The notes under the pieces: generated by a model | The model's database searches: none | Told to the model about the DNA's origin: nothing | The model's input: only the letters and a program-made list of their open reading frames with translations | From: Methanotrichaceae archaeon | Lineage (GTDB): Archaea; Halobacteriota; Methanosarcinia; Methanotrichales; Methanotrichaceae | NCBI GenBank assembly: GCA_963813075.1 | Contig: CAWEXU010000030.1 | Location: forward strand, 224,001-288,000 | Reading direction: 5' to 3' | DNA length: 64,000 nt | Program-made: the position numbers and the translations under genes | In this document: positions 32,580 to 43,494 of the stretch, one piece after another | Numbering within the stretch: position 1 is the stretch's first letter | Layout of the letters: the number at the start of each line of letters is the position of its first letter

Positions 32580-33044
32580 TCAACCGACTAAAATCCGGCC
32601 GTGCCGATCGATTTTTCCCTCGGATACTCTGGTGGAGCTTATCCGGACCCGATCCTGGGCCAGTTGATACTCTATCTCAGATATCTTGAGGGGCGGCAGG
32701 TTCTTCTTAGCTCGCAGGCGGTTTATCCTCTCCGCCATGGGCAGGGTCTCAGGAGAGACCACAATGTAATTGAAGTTTTCATAGATTGATGGGCCGCATT
32801 GGTCAATTATCTTTGTGATGTGAACATCATCGATCCCAAAGCATCTCTTGACCACCGCTCGCAGATTTTTCTCTCTTATTTCATAGCTGCGTACGGATCT
32901 CGTCCTGCTCGACCGGGCCATCTCGTCTGAGGTTAGGCCTATGACCACCTCTCCGCCCTCGCCCAGCTCAAAAGCACGCCTGAGCAGGGCTATATGCCCG
33001 TCATGAATGGGATCAAAGGTGCCTCCTACCGCGACTCTGGCCAT
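32580..33044 (-). CDS. coaD: Phosphopantetheine adenylyltransferase
   Basis: GGTFD.IHDGH, GLTSD, VVSPET and ISSTR motifs. Confidence 0.92.
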   Translation of the reverse strand: MARVAVGGTFDPIHDGHIALLRRAFELGEGGEVVIGLTSDEMARSSRTRSVRSYEIREKNLRAVVKRCFGIDDVHITKIIDQCGPSIYENFNYIVVSPETLPMAERINRLRAKKNLPPLKISEIEYQLAQDRVRISSTRVSEGKIDRHGRILVG

Positions 33045-33085
33045 ACAGGCCCGCTAACGATCAGTGCCGTATAAGTACTTGACGG

Positions 33086-33517
33086 CTAGATGCGACGGCC
33101 CCGGAAGCGTTCCAGGATCTTATTGACGATACGCCGGGAACTGCATAGCTCACAGGGCTCCTGATCCTCTATTCTCACAATCCTGGGATGCAAGCCCCGT
33201 CGGAAGAGATCATGCTCCAGGCGCAAGGGATCGAAGTGCTGATCGAAACCCAGGGTGATTATGTCCGGCCGGAGCTCTTCAATGGTTCGGAAGATGTCGC
33301 CCACTTCTCCCAGAACCGCTCTGTCCACCGGCTTGAGTGATTCTATCATCCTTTTCCTCTGCTCCTCAGGGAGGATGGGCTTGGCCTTATGGCGTACATT
33401 CACGTCCCTGGCCACTATTACCACCAGCTCATCCCCCAGGGCTCGGGATCGTTCCAGGTAGAGGACATGGCCGGGATGGAGGAGGTCGAAGGTGCCGGTA
33501 GCAACCACCAGTGTCAA
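33086..33517 (-). CDS. ribL: FAD synthase
   Basis: ATGTFDLLHPGH, VARD, LGFDQ and C..CSS motifs; TTG start 33517. Confidence 0.9.
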   Translation of the reverse strand: MTLVVATGTFDLLHPGHVLYLERSRALGDELVVIVARDVNVRHKAKPILPEEQRKRMIESLKPVDRAVLGEVGDIFRTIEELRPDIITLGFDQHFDPLRLEHDLFRRGLHPRIVRIEDQEPCELCSSRRIVNKILERFRGRRI

Positions 33518-33548
33518 GTCCCAGCCCCCTCCGCCCCGAAGAGAGTTC

Positions 33549-33977
33549 TCAATTGAGGTCATCCTCCAGGCCGTACTCAAAGCCGTCATCCTCAAACTCC
33601 ACATCCAGGATGGGGAGGTCACGCCTCTCCCCCGCGGCATTGAAGCAGACCCAGCTCTGCTCGTCGAACGGCGGGCCGACGATGATATGGTAGTCCCCGG
33701 TGCGTGAGAAGAACAGCAAATCAGGCTCGGAGGGGCGGAGAACTCCGGACGGATGGCTGTGAACTGAGCCCGCCACCTGCATATTGGGAAGCATATAGAG
33801 CCTGACCAGAGCGCTCATCCGGGAGCTTTCTGTGCCGGGCAGTATCAAAATCTCGGTGATGATCTGATCGTCCGCCTGGAGGAGTCCGGCGAACTCCGCC
33901 GGGGCTGTGGATCGCGATGCCTCCAGGATGAACTTCAAAGTGTCTCTGGCGATGCCATCTACCCGCTTCTTTCTCAT
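33549..33977 (-). CDS. JAMM/MPN+ domain metalloprotein
   Basis: EFAGLL; GSVHSHPS....S..D. Confidence 0.9.
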   Translation of the reverse strand: MRKKRVDGIARDTLKFILEASRSTAPAEFAGLLQADDQIITEILILPGTESSRMSALVRLYMLPNMQVAGSVHSHPSGVLRPSEPDLLFFSRTGDYHIIVGPPFDEQSWVCFNAAGERRDLPILDVEFEDDGFEYGLEDDLN

Positions 33978-34802
33978 AATCCTACCATTCCCCGCAAATG
34001 TATGCAGTCCCCGGCTAAAACCCGCACCAGCTCGTCATCCCTCCTCAGCAAAAGAGCGCCATCTCCAGCCAGGTCCACGACCTCGCCCACCAGCTCACCA
34101 GAGCGCGCACAGATGCAGACCGTCCTGCCAATAGTTGAGGAGCGACAGCGCCACTCATTATAGATCTTTTCTGAGCCCAGATTCTCATATGCCCTCTCTA
34201 TCTCCAGGAGAGTTCTCTGGATCAGAGCAGTGCGACTGACCCCGGACCCTATCTCGCGGGATAAAGAGGTCGCCATCCATTCGTCGGGAAAGCTGGATGG
34301 ATCGATATTGGCGTTGATGCCCAATCCCACAATGGCATAGTCCAGGGCATAGTCCGGACTATCCCCCACTGCACCAACCTCCATCAATATCCCTCCCACC
34401 TTCCTTTCCCCGATCAGGAGGTCGTTGGGCCATTTGATTCCCGTCTCCAAGATCCAGCAATGTGGATATGGCTCTGCAGGCGGCGACGCAGACGGCCATA
34501 TTGATCTGATAGGCAAGGGCTATGGGGATATCCGGCCGAAGAACAAGGCTCATCCAGATCCCTCCCGGTGGAGAGGACCAGGATCGAGATAGTCTGCCCT
34601 GCCCACGGGTTTGAGTCTCGGCCAGAACGACGGTGCCGTTCTCCCCCTGCTCTGCCAGCGATCTTGCCACCTCATTGGTGGAGCCGACCTCGGCAAATAG
34701 GCGCAGGTCCCTGCCCAGCCATCTGGTATCAAGGCCGGAGAGTATCTGATCCCTATCCAGGAGATCCGGGACTTCGGCCTCAAGATCGAGAGGGGAACTC
34801 AT
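33974..34802 (-). CDS. birA: Biotin-protein ligase, frameshifted near 34445
   Basis: STN, QTRGQGR..RSW.S, IKWPND and KVGGIL motifs. Confidence 0.92.
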
Positions 34803-34862
34803 AGCCCGGACCTCATGATAGGGACCTTTCCGAATGAGGAGCCCACTGGCATGCAGCCACTA

Positions 34863-36347
34863 TCAGCTTTTCTCCTCCAACTTCTGCTGGCTGAGGTAGG
34901 TGCCTACAGCGGCGGCGATGGCTGCCACCTTGCGGTCGTCAGCCCCAAGAGCGGAAGCCAGTGACTGATTCCGATCTTGATCCTCTGCTGCCACTCGCTG
35001 GACGGCATCGGCGATGTTCTCCTCCTTGATAAAGCCGGTATTGAAGTCACCGCTCCTGAAGCGGGCATTTCTGAGCACCGCCTTGTGGAAGATGAGGTTG
35101 GTCTTCACCCCCACGATGATGTACTCGTAAAGGGCCCGCTCCATTCTGGCAATTGCCTCTTTGCGGTCTTTGCCATGGGCGACGAGCTTGGAGATCAAGG
35201 AGTCGTAGTAAGGTGGAATCAGGTAGCCGGAGTAGACACCGCTGTCCACCCTGATCCCCGGACCGCCGGGACTGCGGTATCTTTTGATCCTCCCCGGCGC
35301 AGGGGAGAAGTCGTTTAAGGGGTCCTCGGCATTTATGCGGCACTCAATTGCCCAGCCCCGGATCTGCATGTCACTCTGATCATAGTTCAGGGGGTGGCCG
35401 GCGGCGATGAGGATCTGCTCTTTGGCCAGGTCCACTCCGGTGACCATCTCGGTGATGGGGTGCTCAACCTGCAGGCGGGTGTTCATCTCCAGGAAGTAGA
35501 AATCTCCCCGGGAGTACATGAACTCCACTGTCCCCGCACTGGCATATCCGATGGCTTTGGCTGCTTTGACGGCGACTGAGCCCATCCTCTCGCGCAGCTC
35601 ATCGCTCATTACCGGTGAGGGTGACTCCTCAATGAGCTTTTGATGGCGGCGCTGAATGGAGCACTCCCGGTCTGACACATATATCGTCTTTCCCAATTCA
35701 TCCGCCAGGATCTGGAACTCGATATGCCTGGGCTCGGTTAGGTACTTCTCTATGTATATGGTATCATCGCCAAAGGCATTGCGGGCCACGGACTGAGATG
35801 AGGTCAGGGCAGGCAGCATCTCCTCCCGGCTGCTCACGATCTTCATGCCGATTCCGCCACCTCCTGCCGCCGGCTTGAGGATGATCGGATAGCCGATATT
35901 ATCCGCCAGGTCCATCGCCTCTTCTGGATCGTTGATGCCCTCTTCTATCCCCGGGACGATTGGAACCCCTGCCTCCTTCATGGTCTGACGGGCAGTGATC
36001 TTCGAGCCCATGGCGTCGATGGCAGAAGATGGTGGTCCGATGAACACGATGCCGTTTTCCACACAGGCGGAGGCAAAGGCGGTATTCTCGGATAAAAAGC
36101 CATATCCAGGATGGATAGCCTCGGCGCCGGTCTCCAGGGCGGCCTTGATTATGTTGTCTATCTTCAAGTAGCTCTGGCTGGATGGAGATGGCCCTATATA
36201 GACCGCTTCATCTGCATACTTGGCGAAGAGGGCATTTTTGTCCGCTTCGGAGTAGACGGCCACGCTCGGAATGCCCAGCTCCCGGCAGGCTCGCATAACC
36301 CGGATGGCGATCTCTCCCCGGTTGGCTATGAGGATCTTATTGAACAT
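34863..36347 (-). CDS. pycA: Biotin carboxylase/pyruvate carboxylase subunit A
   Basis: MFNKILIANRGEIA, GGGGIG, CSIQRRHQK and EMNTRLQVEH motifs; start 36347. Confidence 0.92.
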   Translation of the reverse strand: MFNKILIANRGEIAIRVMRACRELGIPSVAVYSEADKNALFAKYADEAVYIGPSPSSQSYLKIDNIIKAALETGAEAIHPGYGFLSENTAFASACVENGIVFIGPPSSAIDAMGSKITARQTMKEAGVPIVPGIEEGINDPEEAMDLADNIGYPIILKPAAGGGGIGMKIVSSREEMLPALTSSQSVARNAFGDDTIYIEKYLTEPRHIEFQILADELGKTIYVSDRECSIQRRHQKLIEESPSPVMSDELRERMGSVAVKAAKAIGYASAGTVEFMYSRGDFYFLEMNTRLQVEHPITEMVTGVDLAKEQILIAAGHPLNYDQSDMQIRGWAIECRINAEDPLNDFSPAPGRIKRYRSPGGPGIRVDSGVYSGYLIPPYYDSLISKLVAHGKDRKEAIARMERALYEYIIVGVKTNLIFHKAVLRNARFRSGDFNTGFIKEENIADAVQRVAAEDQDRNQSLASALGADDRKVAAIAAAVGTYLSQQKLEEKS

Positions 36348-36476
36348 TCGCAAATGAAAGGCTCTGCCAGGGTAAAACCTTTTTGGAGGGATTGCGGCCT
36401 GGCCGAAAATTCTCAATATCTCAAAGGGTCCGATCATCTGGCAAAAGCTAAAAACCTTTGAGACTAACACCAGATC

Positions 36477-36905
36477 ATGAAGCCCAGGGAGCTATCCGAA
36501 GAGGAATGCACAGCGCTTATCTCCTCGGCCAGATACGGCAGGCTAGGACTGTCCAGGGATAACCAGCCTTATGTGGTTCCAATGTCATATGTATACCACG
36601 AGGGCAAGATCTACCTTCACTCCCGTGGAATGGGGAAAAAGGTCGAATTTGCCAGGGAAAATCCTCGCGTCTGCTTTCAGGTGGACGCCCTGGAGAAGGG
36701 AAGATGGTCGAGCGTCAATGCCTTCGGCAGGGCAGAGCTATCGGATGATATAGAAGCCAAGCAGAGGATGTTTGATGTTTTCACAAAAAAAGGTCTGGGC
36801 GGCCACGGAGGCAAGAGCTTTCAGCGCCAGGACCTGGAGAGGATGGAACTGACCGTATGGGAGATCGCCATCGATGAGCTGACGGGAAGAGAGGGCGTCT
36901 GGTAG
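36477..36905 (+). CDS. Pyridoxamine 5'-phosphate oxidase-like (NimA family) flavin-binding protein
   Basis: GRLG.....PYVVPM.Y...IY.HS...GKK......NPRVCF. Confidence 0.85.
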   Translation: MKPRELSEEECTALISSARYGRLGLSRDNQPYVVPMSYVYHEGKIYLHSRGMGKKVEFARENPRVCFQVDALEKGRWSSVNAFGRAELSDDIEAKQRMFDVFTKKGLGGHGGKSFQRQDLERMELTVWEIAIDELTGREGVW

Positions 36906-38420
36906 ATGCCTGCACCTTTGAAGTGGACTGAGAAATATCGGCCTGTTACCCTCAAGCAGGTTCTGGGCAATGGCAAGGCAATAGATGATCTGCGGGAGTG
37001 GGCCCTATCCTGGGAGAAAGGAGAGCCCATTACCGGCGCCGCCATTCTCTACGGCCCGGCGGGAACAGGAAAGACCTCGGCCGCTCTGGCCCTGGCACAT
37101 GATTTCGACTGGGACTACATCGAGATGAATGCCTCGGACGCCCGCACTGCAGGGATGATAGAGAAAGTCGCCGTTCCCGCATCGCGAAGTCAGACCTTCT
37201 CGGGCAAGCCGAGGCTGGTGATTCTGGATGAGGCGGACAACCTCCATGGCACTGCTGACCGGGGTGGTGCAGCGGCCATGCTCCGCCTGGTCAGAGAGAC
37301 TCGCCAGCCGGTGATACTGATTGCCAATGAGTACTATGAGATCGACAAACCTCTCCGAGATGCTATCAAGGGAATTCAGTTCCGGTCGGTGCGCTCCACC
37401 ACCATCGCCCAGGCCTTAAGGGAGATCTGCCGGGCGGAGGGCATAGACTGCGATCCCAATCTATTGATATCCATCGCCGAGAGAGCGGGAGGAGACCTGC
37501 GCTCCGGGATCAACGACCTGCAGGCTGCTGCCGAAGGCCAGGAAAAGCTCGGAGAAGAGGATCTGGTCACCGCCCAAAGGGATGTCAAATCATCCATCTT
37601 CCGGGTCCTGGAGGTGATCTATAAAGGCAGCAATGCCAAGGAGGCCCTGGAGGCGTCTTATAATCTGGACGAGAGCCCGGAGGACCTGATCAACTGGGTG
37701 GATGAGAACCTTCCCCTGGCGTACCTCGGCCAGGGTCTCCTCCAGGGGTATGAGACTCTCGCTCGAAGCGACATATTTCTCGGTCGGGTGCGCAGGAGGC
37801 AGAACTACGGACTGTGGCGTTATGCCAGCTTTCTCATGACCGGCGGAGTGCAGGCGGCCAGGAGTGAGCGCAGGCATGGTTATGTGGCCTTCCGCCCCCC
37901 CAGCCTCTGGCGGAGAATGGGCCAGACCCGCAAAGCCAGGGCGGTAAGGGACTCTGCCGCGAGAAAGATTGGCCGGCACTGCCATGTATCTATGGCCTTC
38001 GCCCGCTCGGAGTTGATGGACTTTGTGGGGATGCTGCTCAAGGACAAGAAGAAAGCTCCCGGACTGGCCGCCCAGCTGGATCTGACTGCAGAGGAGATCG
38101 CTCTCCTCCTCGGAAGCTCTCAAAGCACCAAGAAGGTGCAGAACATCTTCGAGGAGGCGATGAGAATTCGAAGCCGAGAAGAGATCGAGGAGATAGAGCT
38201 GGCATGGCGGAAGAGCAGCCAGCCCTCCCTCACCCAGATGTCAGGAGGCCTCACCCAGACGCTCTCAGTGAAGGATGATGAGCCTCGCTCTTCTGTGCCG
38301 GCAAGGCAGGGCGACCGGATTTCTGTCGATTCCTCTTCCAGCCTGGATCCGAGGCCTCCGGGGCAGGCGTCCAAGGACGGAAGAAAGGGTAAAAAGCAGA
38401 AGTCCTTGTTCGACTTCTGA
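36906..38420 (+). CDS. rfcL: Replication factor C large subunit
   Basis: WTEKYRP, GPAGTGKT, EMNASD, DEAD and GDLRS motifs; C-terminal PIP box QKSLFDF. Confidence 0.96.
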   Translation: MPAPLKWTEKYRPVTLKQVLGNGKAIDDLREWALSWEKGEPITGAAILYGPAGTGKTSAALALAHDFDWDYIEMNASDARTAGMIEKVAVPASRSQTFSGKPRLVILDEADNLHGTADRGGAAAMLRLVRETRQPVILIANEYYEIDKPLRDAIKGIQFRSVRSTTIAQALREICRAEGIDCDPNLLISIAERAGGDLRSGINDLQAAAEGQEKLGEEDLVTAQRDVKSSIFRVLEVIYKGSNAKEALEASYNLDESPEDLINWVDENLPLAYLGQGLLQGYETLARSDIFLGRVRRRQNYGLWRYASFLMTGGVQAARSERRHGYVAFRPPSLWRRMGQTRKARAVRDSAARKIGRHCHVSMAFARSELMDFVGMLLKDKKKAPGLAAQLDLTAEEIALLLGSSQSTKKVQNIFEEAMRIRSREEIEEIELAWRKSSQPSLTQMSGGLTQTLSVKDDEPRSSVPARQGDRISVDSSSSLDPRPPGQASKDGRKGKKQKSLFDF

Positions 38421-38498
38421 TCTAACTAGAATAGTAGAGAAAATAAACTGCAGCCGGCGCTGCAAACCAGAGCGCCAGAGCTGCGAGGGGTGTTAATT

Positions 38499-39227
38499 AT
38501 GGCAGTACATAGCAGCAAATTCCCCAGAATGAAATCCGGCATACCTGGGTTTGATGAAATGGTAGGCGGCGGCTTTCATCAGGGAACGGTAAATACCATA
38601 ACCGGTTCCTCAGGCACCGGCAAGACCGTCTTCGCCAGCCAGTTCATTCACTACGGCATCGGACAGGGAGAGAAGGGAATGATCATCACTCCCTCTGAAA
38701 GCGCAGAATACATGAGACGGGAGATGATGTCCTCCTTTGGCTGGGACTTTGGCGCACTGGAAAAAGAGGGGAAGCTGAGCCTCATCGACGTTACTGATCC
38801 GGTACTCAGGCTGCAGAAGAGCATAGATGTCGATCCGGTGGATTTTCTCATCAACTTCAGAAAGCTTGTGGAGAGAAAGCTGGAAGAGGAAAAGCCCAAA
38901 AGGCTCTTCATAGACGACCTGACCGCATTTTTCATGGCGGTAGAAGCGCCCTTCAAGGTCCGTTCACTGACTGACGACCTCTTTGGCACCATCCGGTCCA
39001 GCAATGTGACCAGCGTGGTCACCATAGGCACCGCTTTTGGCACCAATCAGTTTTTGGAGTACGGGGCGGACTCCGCCACCATGCTCAACCGGGAGAGAAT
39101 AGGCAATACCCTCATCAGATCGATCTACGTAATGAAGATGAGAGGCTCTAAGATCGCCAATAGCATCAGGGTGCTCGACATTTCAGATGATGGGCTCTCC
39201 GTGTCAACGCTCTCACCTTATCCATGA
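38499..39227 (+). CDS. Single-domain KaiC/RAD55-like ATPase
   Basis: SGIPGFDEM.GGG; GSSGTGKT; R.I.V.KMRGS. Confidence 0.9.
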   Translation: MAVHSSKFPRMKSGIPGFDEMVGGGFHQGTVNTITGSSGTGKTVFASQFIHYGIGQGEKGMIITPSESAEYMRREMMSSFGWDFGALEKEGKLSLIDVTDPVLRLQKSIDVDPVDFLINFRKLVERKLEEEKPKRLFIDDLTAFFMAVEAPFKVRSLTDDLFGTIRSSNVTSVVTIGTAFGTNQFLEYGADSATMLNRERIGNTLIRSIYVMKMRGSKIANSIRVLDISDDGLSVSTLSPYP

Positions 39228-39234
39228 GGAAATA

Positions 39235-41044
39235 ATGATAGAAAGATGGATCATCCTGGCCGCTGAGGAAGCGGGCCCTGTCTCCAATAAGATGGGAGGC
39301 ATATGGAATGTGGTGGACGCCGAGGCTACGACTCTCGCCCGGCTGGTGGCCAAAGGGGAAATAGATAGCGAGTTTCGTATCCTGGTGGCCGGCCCCAACT
39401 ATCCCACTGCCGGATCGGACTGGAACACCGGCCGGAACCGGGTGACGGACATATCTTCATTCAACCGGCTGGAGATGGGTGAAGAGCTGGGCACAAGCCT
39501 GGCGGAACTGAACTCCCAGGGCATTGAGAGCGTCACCGGCCAGCGGGTCGAGGATGGCGTTCCCATAGGCTATGTGCTGTTCAATACCAATTACTATCAG
39601 TCCAGATTGGTGCGCTGGAAGAATCAGGAGATGACGCTGAACAATGCGGTCAAAACCGAGGCCTTCGACCTGTTGGGACTGGACTCCATGAGGTTTGAAA
39701 AAGAGCACTATGGCTGGGAGTACAACCACTATCTTAACCTCTCCTATGCGGTCTCGGAGCTGGTGCGCAACCTCGCCCAGTCCCATGATGATGGGCACAA
39801 ACAAGTATGTCGATAGGGCGGTGGCGGATTTCGCCCGCTCGGTTATGCCCAAGGTCAGGGTCTCATTGCACTGCCATGAGTTTGGGGTGTTCTATGCTGC
39901 TGCCAGGCTGGAGAAGCTGGGCATTCCAGTGAGAACTCTGTGCACCCTCCATGCCACCGTCCCCGGCCGGACGGCGGGCTACAGGTCTCTGGAGAAGATC
40001 AGGAAGAACGACTCAAAGATGGAGCCCGGAACCCCTCTGGGCTTTGCCGCCCTGGAGGCGCTGGCGCGCTACGCTGATGGGGTCACATTCGTGGGCGACT
40101 CGACGATGAAAGAGGCCATGCTCTTTCACCGCATGAAAGGGGTGGTCATCCGCAATGGAATCGATGTTCGGGGCGATAGGATCGACTGGGACAAAAAGGA
40201 ACGCTGCCGGGCCCGGATTCAGGATTTCATCATCGAGAACCTCTACCAGAATTGCGAGGGCAGCTGCCCGGGAAAAGAGAACATCATTCCCGTCTTCTCC
40301 ATTTCCAGGATAGAGATAGAGAACAAAGGCTATCCTCAGCTCCTCGATGCCCTGGTGCTTCAGGATCATCTCCTCCGGCACAGAATGATGGGACAGAGAC
40401 ATGCTGATCAGACAAAAGTGGTCTGCTTTCTCATCGCCTCTCACGGCCCCAAACCCAGGGATAAGCTTCCCGAGGGTTTTCCCATCAACCTGCCCATAGA
40501 GGTCCTGGTGGGCGATGAGATCCGCCTGGAGAACATGATAAGTGAGCGACGGCTGAGCAAGGATGAGCTGATCTCAGGCAAACGGTCGGTGGCGGCGGTT
40601 CTATATCCCCAGTGGCTGGGACCGAATGACGGCGGCCTGGGGATGAGAACGGATGAGGTCATGGCAGGCTGCGTCGCTGGCATCTTCCCCTCCCAGTACG
40701 AGCCCTTCCTTCTCACCGCACTGGAAGCGGGAAGGGAGGGGACACCCAGCATCGTCAGCCGGAGCGCAGGATACAGCGATGCTCTGAAAAAGGTTGAGCA
40801 CCGGGTGCCAGGACTGGGTGGGGTGGTGGTGGTGGACAACATCGAGCTGCAGCTCCAGGAGACGGTTATGGACTACGCCCTGACTCTTGATTACTTCGCC
40901 CGGACCTATCTGGAGGACGAAGTGAAATACCGCCTCTTGTGCGAGGAGTCGTTCTCCCTGGCCAGGCAGTTCAGCTGGGACCAGCCGGTAATGGAATATT
41001 ATAAAAATCTGACAGTCTGGTATCCGATCCAGGCAATTGATTAA
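39235..41044 (+). CDS. GT3-like (eukaryote/Bacteroidota-type) glycogen synthase, frameshifted near 39790
   Basis: E...VSNKMGGI..V, HCHE, TLHAT..GR, R.E.ENKG and GIFPSQYEPF...LE motifs. Confidence 0.8.
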
Positions 41045-41090
41045 AGCCGATGTGAATTGAATCAGAACCATCTTCAGGAGTGGCAACAAA

Positions 41091-42338
41091 TTGAAGTCAA
41101 TGCGAATCGCTTATTTCAGCACTGAATATCCCCCCCTGGTCTATGGAGGGCTGGGGGTGTATGCAGATAACATCTCCCGCTCATTAGCTTCCCTGGGCCA
41201 TAAGGTCACCGTCTTCTCCTGGGGGACGGAAAGGATTCCCAGGCACCAGGTGCTGGACGGGGTGGAGGTCTTCCGGGAGACGCCCCTTCCCATGAAGGAC
41301 GGAATGGAGATCTTCCTCTCCGAGCTGACCCTTGGCTGGGGGGAGGGACTGGAGTTTTTGCTGAACCTTTTCAGCTACAACCAGCTCGCTCTGGACGACC
41401 TCATGAAAGAGGAGCCCTTTGATCTGCTTATTAGCCACGACTGGCTGGCCCTTCCTGGGGGCATGGCCGCCAGGAGATCTGGCATTCCTCTGATCTATCA
41501 TGTCCACGGCCTGGAGACCGGGAGATCCCAAAGCCCCAATCCTCAGCTGATGGCTTTAGAACGGAAGGGCGCGGATGTTGCTGACCTGGTTATAACCGTA
41601 TCCGAGGCCATGAAAAGGGAGCTTGCCGGTCAGGGGGTCCCAGAAGATAAGATCCGGGTCTGCTATCATGGAGTGGACTCGAAGTTCTTCGATCCCCAAA
41701 AGGTAGATGAAAAATCCCTGGCAGCCAAAAGAAAGAGCTATGGCTTTGAGAAGGATGATATCATAATTCTCTTCGTTGGCCGGCTGGAGCCGGTCAAAGG
41801 GGTCAGAGAGCTAATTGCTGCCCTGCCTCGTGTCCGGGCAGAGCACAGAAATGTGAAGCTACTGATGCTTGGCGTCGGCAGCCTGGAGGGCTGGGCGGAA
41901 AATGAGGCCACTCGGCAGGGCAATATAACCCTTGTCACCGATTTCGTCGATGCCGAGGAGAAGAGGCTCCACTATGCTCTTGCCGATCTGTGCGTATTTC
42001 CCAGCCTCTATGAGCCCTTCGGCATAGTGGCTTTGGAGGCGGCGGCCATGGGCAAAGCAGCGGTGGTGGGGGCGGCAGGCACCAGCGGCCTGGCGGAGAT
42101 CGTTGTGAATCCGGGCGAAAGAGAGCCTACCGGAGTCCATGTCAATGCCCGCGATCCAGCCGATCTGGCCTGGGGGATAAACCTCGCCCTGGAGGACATA
42201 GAGCGCCTCGGTTTATGGGGAAAGAACGCCCGAAAGAGGGCCTGCATTTCCTTCAGCTGGGAGAAGGCGGCAAAGAGCACCCTGGCCATCTATGAAGAGG
42301 CAAAAGAGCTGTCAAAAGCAAGATCCGGAGAGATATAG
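41091..42338 (+). CDS. GT4 glycosyltransferase
   Basis: EYPP.VYGGLG, HDWL, GRLEPVKG and PSLYEPFGIVALEA motifs. Confidence 0.9.
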   Translation: MKSMRIAYFSTEYPPLVYGGLGVYADNISRSLASLGHKVTVFSWGTERIPRHQVLDGVEVFRETPLPMKDGMEIFLSELTLGWGEGLEFLLNLFSYNQLALDDLMKEEPFDLLISHDWLALPGGMAARRSGIPLIYHVHGLETGRSQSPNPQLMALERKGADVADLVITVSEAMKRELAGQGVPEDKIRVCYHGVDSKFFDPQKVDEKSLAAKRKSYGFEKDDIIILFVGRLEPVKGVRELIAALPRVRAEHRNVKLLMLGVGSLEGWAENEATRQGNITLVTDFVDAEEKRLHYALADLCVFPSLYEPFGIVALEAAAMGKAAVVGAAGTSGLAEIVVNPGEREPTGVHVNARDPADLAWGINLALEDIERLGLWGKNARKRACISFSWEKAAKSTLAIYEEAKELSKARSGEI

Positions 42339-42340
42339 GC

Positions 42341-43327
42341 ATGCCCGAGATAAGACGGCACTATTTTCTGGAAGAGTACTGCATCGTCGCCGCCGAGCGC
42401 AACAAAAGGCCGTCGGATTTCCTGGTGGCCAAAGCGGTCCCAGGAGACGAGAAGGACTGCCCCTTCTGCCCCGGCCACGAGGAGCGAACTCCGCCGACCA
42501 TCGCCGCCTATACTGACGACGGTATCCTGATCCAGGATAAGGCAGAGATTGGTGCCCTGGCAGATCAGGGTCTTTCTCAATGCCTATCCCACCATGGTCC
42601 CCCAGCCCGAGCCACCGGCAGCCGAATGGATATCCCTGCCCGGCCAGGGCTATCACGAGGTGATTGTGGATTCGAGAGAGCACCACCAGAATCCGAATGA
42701 TTTCGGCAGAAGGCATCTGGAAGCGCTCATCGGGGTCTACACCGATCGCTACCGATACTATCGCGATCATGAGGATGTGAAATATGTCACCATCTTCAAA
42801 AACTGGGGTAAGGAGTCGGGGGCCTCATTGTCTCACAGCCATTCTCAGCTCATCACCCTTCCATTTCTCCCCCCGCATATGAAAAGGGAGGAAGAGGCCA
42901 TATCCAGGTCTTCCTTCTGTCCTTACTGCAATATAGTGGACCGGGAGAGGGCATCATGCCGCCTCATCGACGAGAACGATCACTGGATACTATTTGCACC
43001 CTTCTATTCTCTGATGCCCTATGAGACCTGGATTCTTCCCAAGAGGCATGTGGCAAACCTGGCAGAGATGAGAGATGAGGAGCAAAAGAGTCTGGCCAGC
43101 ATGCTGGCGGAACTTCTGCGGATACTCGATTCCACCCTGGACGATCCGCCCTTACAATCTGATGTTCTTCCAGCTTCCAAAAGAGTATCACTTCAACATC
43201 AGGATCCAGCCCATAGTCTCCAGGATCGCGGGCTTTGAGAGGAGCTCCGGCATATTATGTGAATCCCGTTCCCCCGGAGACGGCAGCAGCAGAATTGAGA
43301 AATTTTTGCACCTCGCCGAAAGGTTAA
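42341..43327 (+). CDS. galT: GalT-family nucleotidyltransferase, frameshifted near 42550, 43150 and 43255
   Basis: ER.KRP, CPFCPGHE, HEVIV, FKN.G..SGASLSHSHSQ, CPYC and NPVPPE motifs. Confidence 0.88.
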
Positions 43328-43494
43328 TCAATTATCGGACCAGAAGAGCTTTAAACCTATTATTTCGCCTGAATACTTTTGGGAAATCAGGCAAAAGAAA
43401 GGTACAGCACCAAAAAAATGATCATACTGATAATAATCTAAGGGCAGACGCCTGGCATTATGCTCCGGATGCCTTAGGGATGAATGGTGAATAA

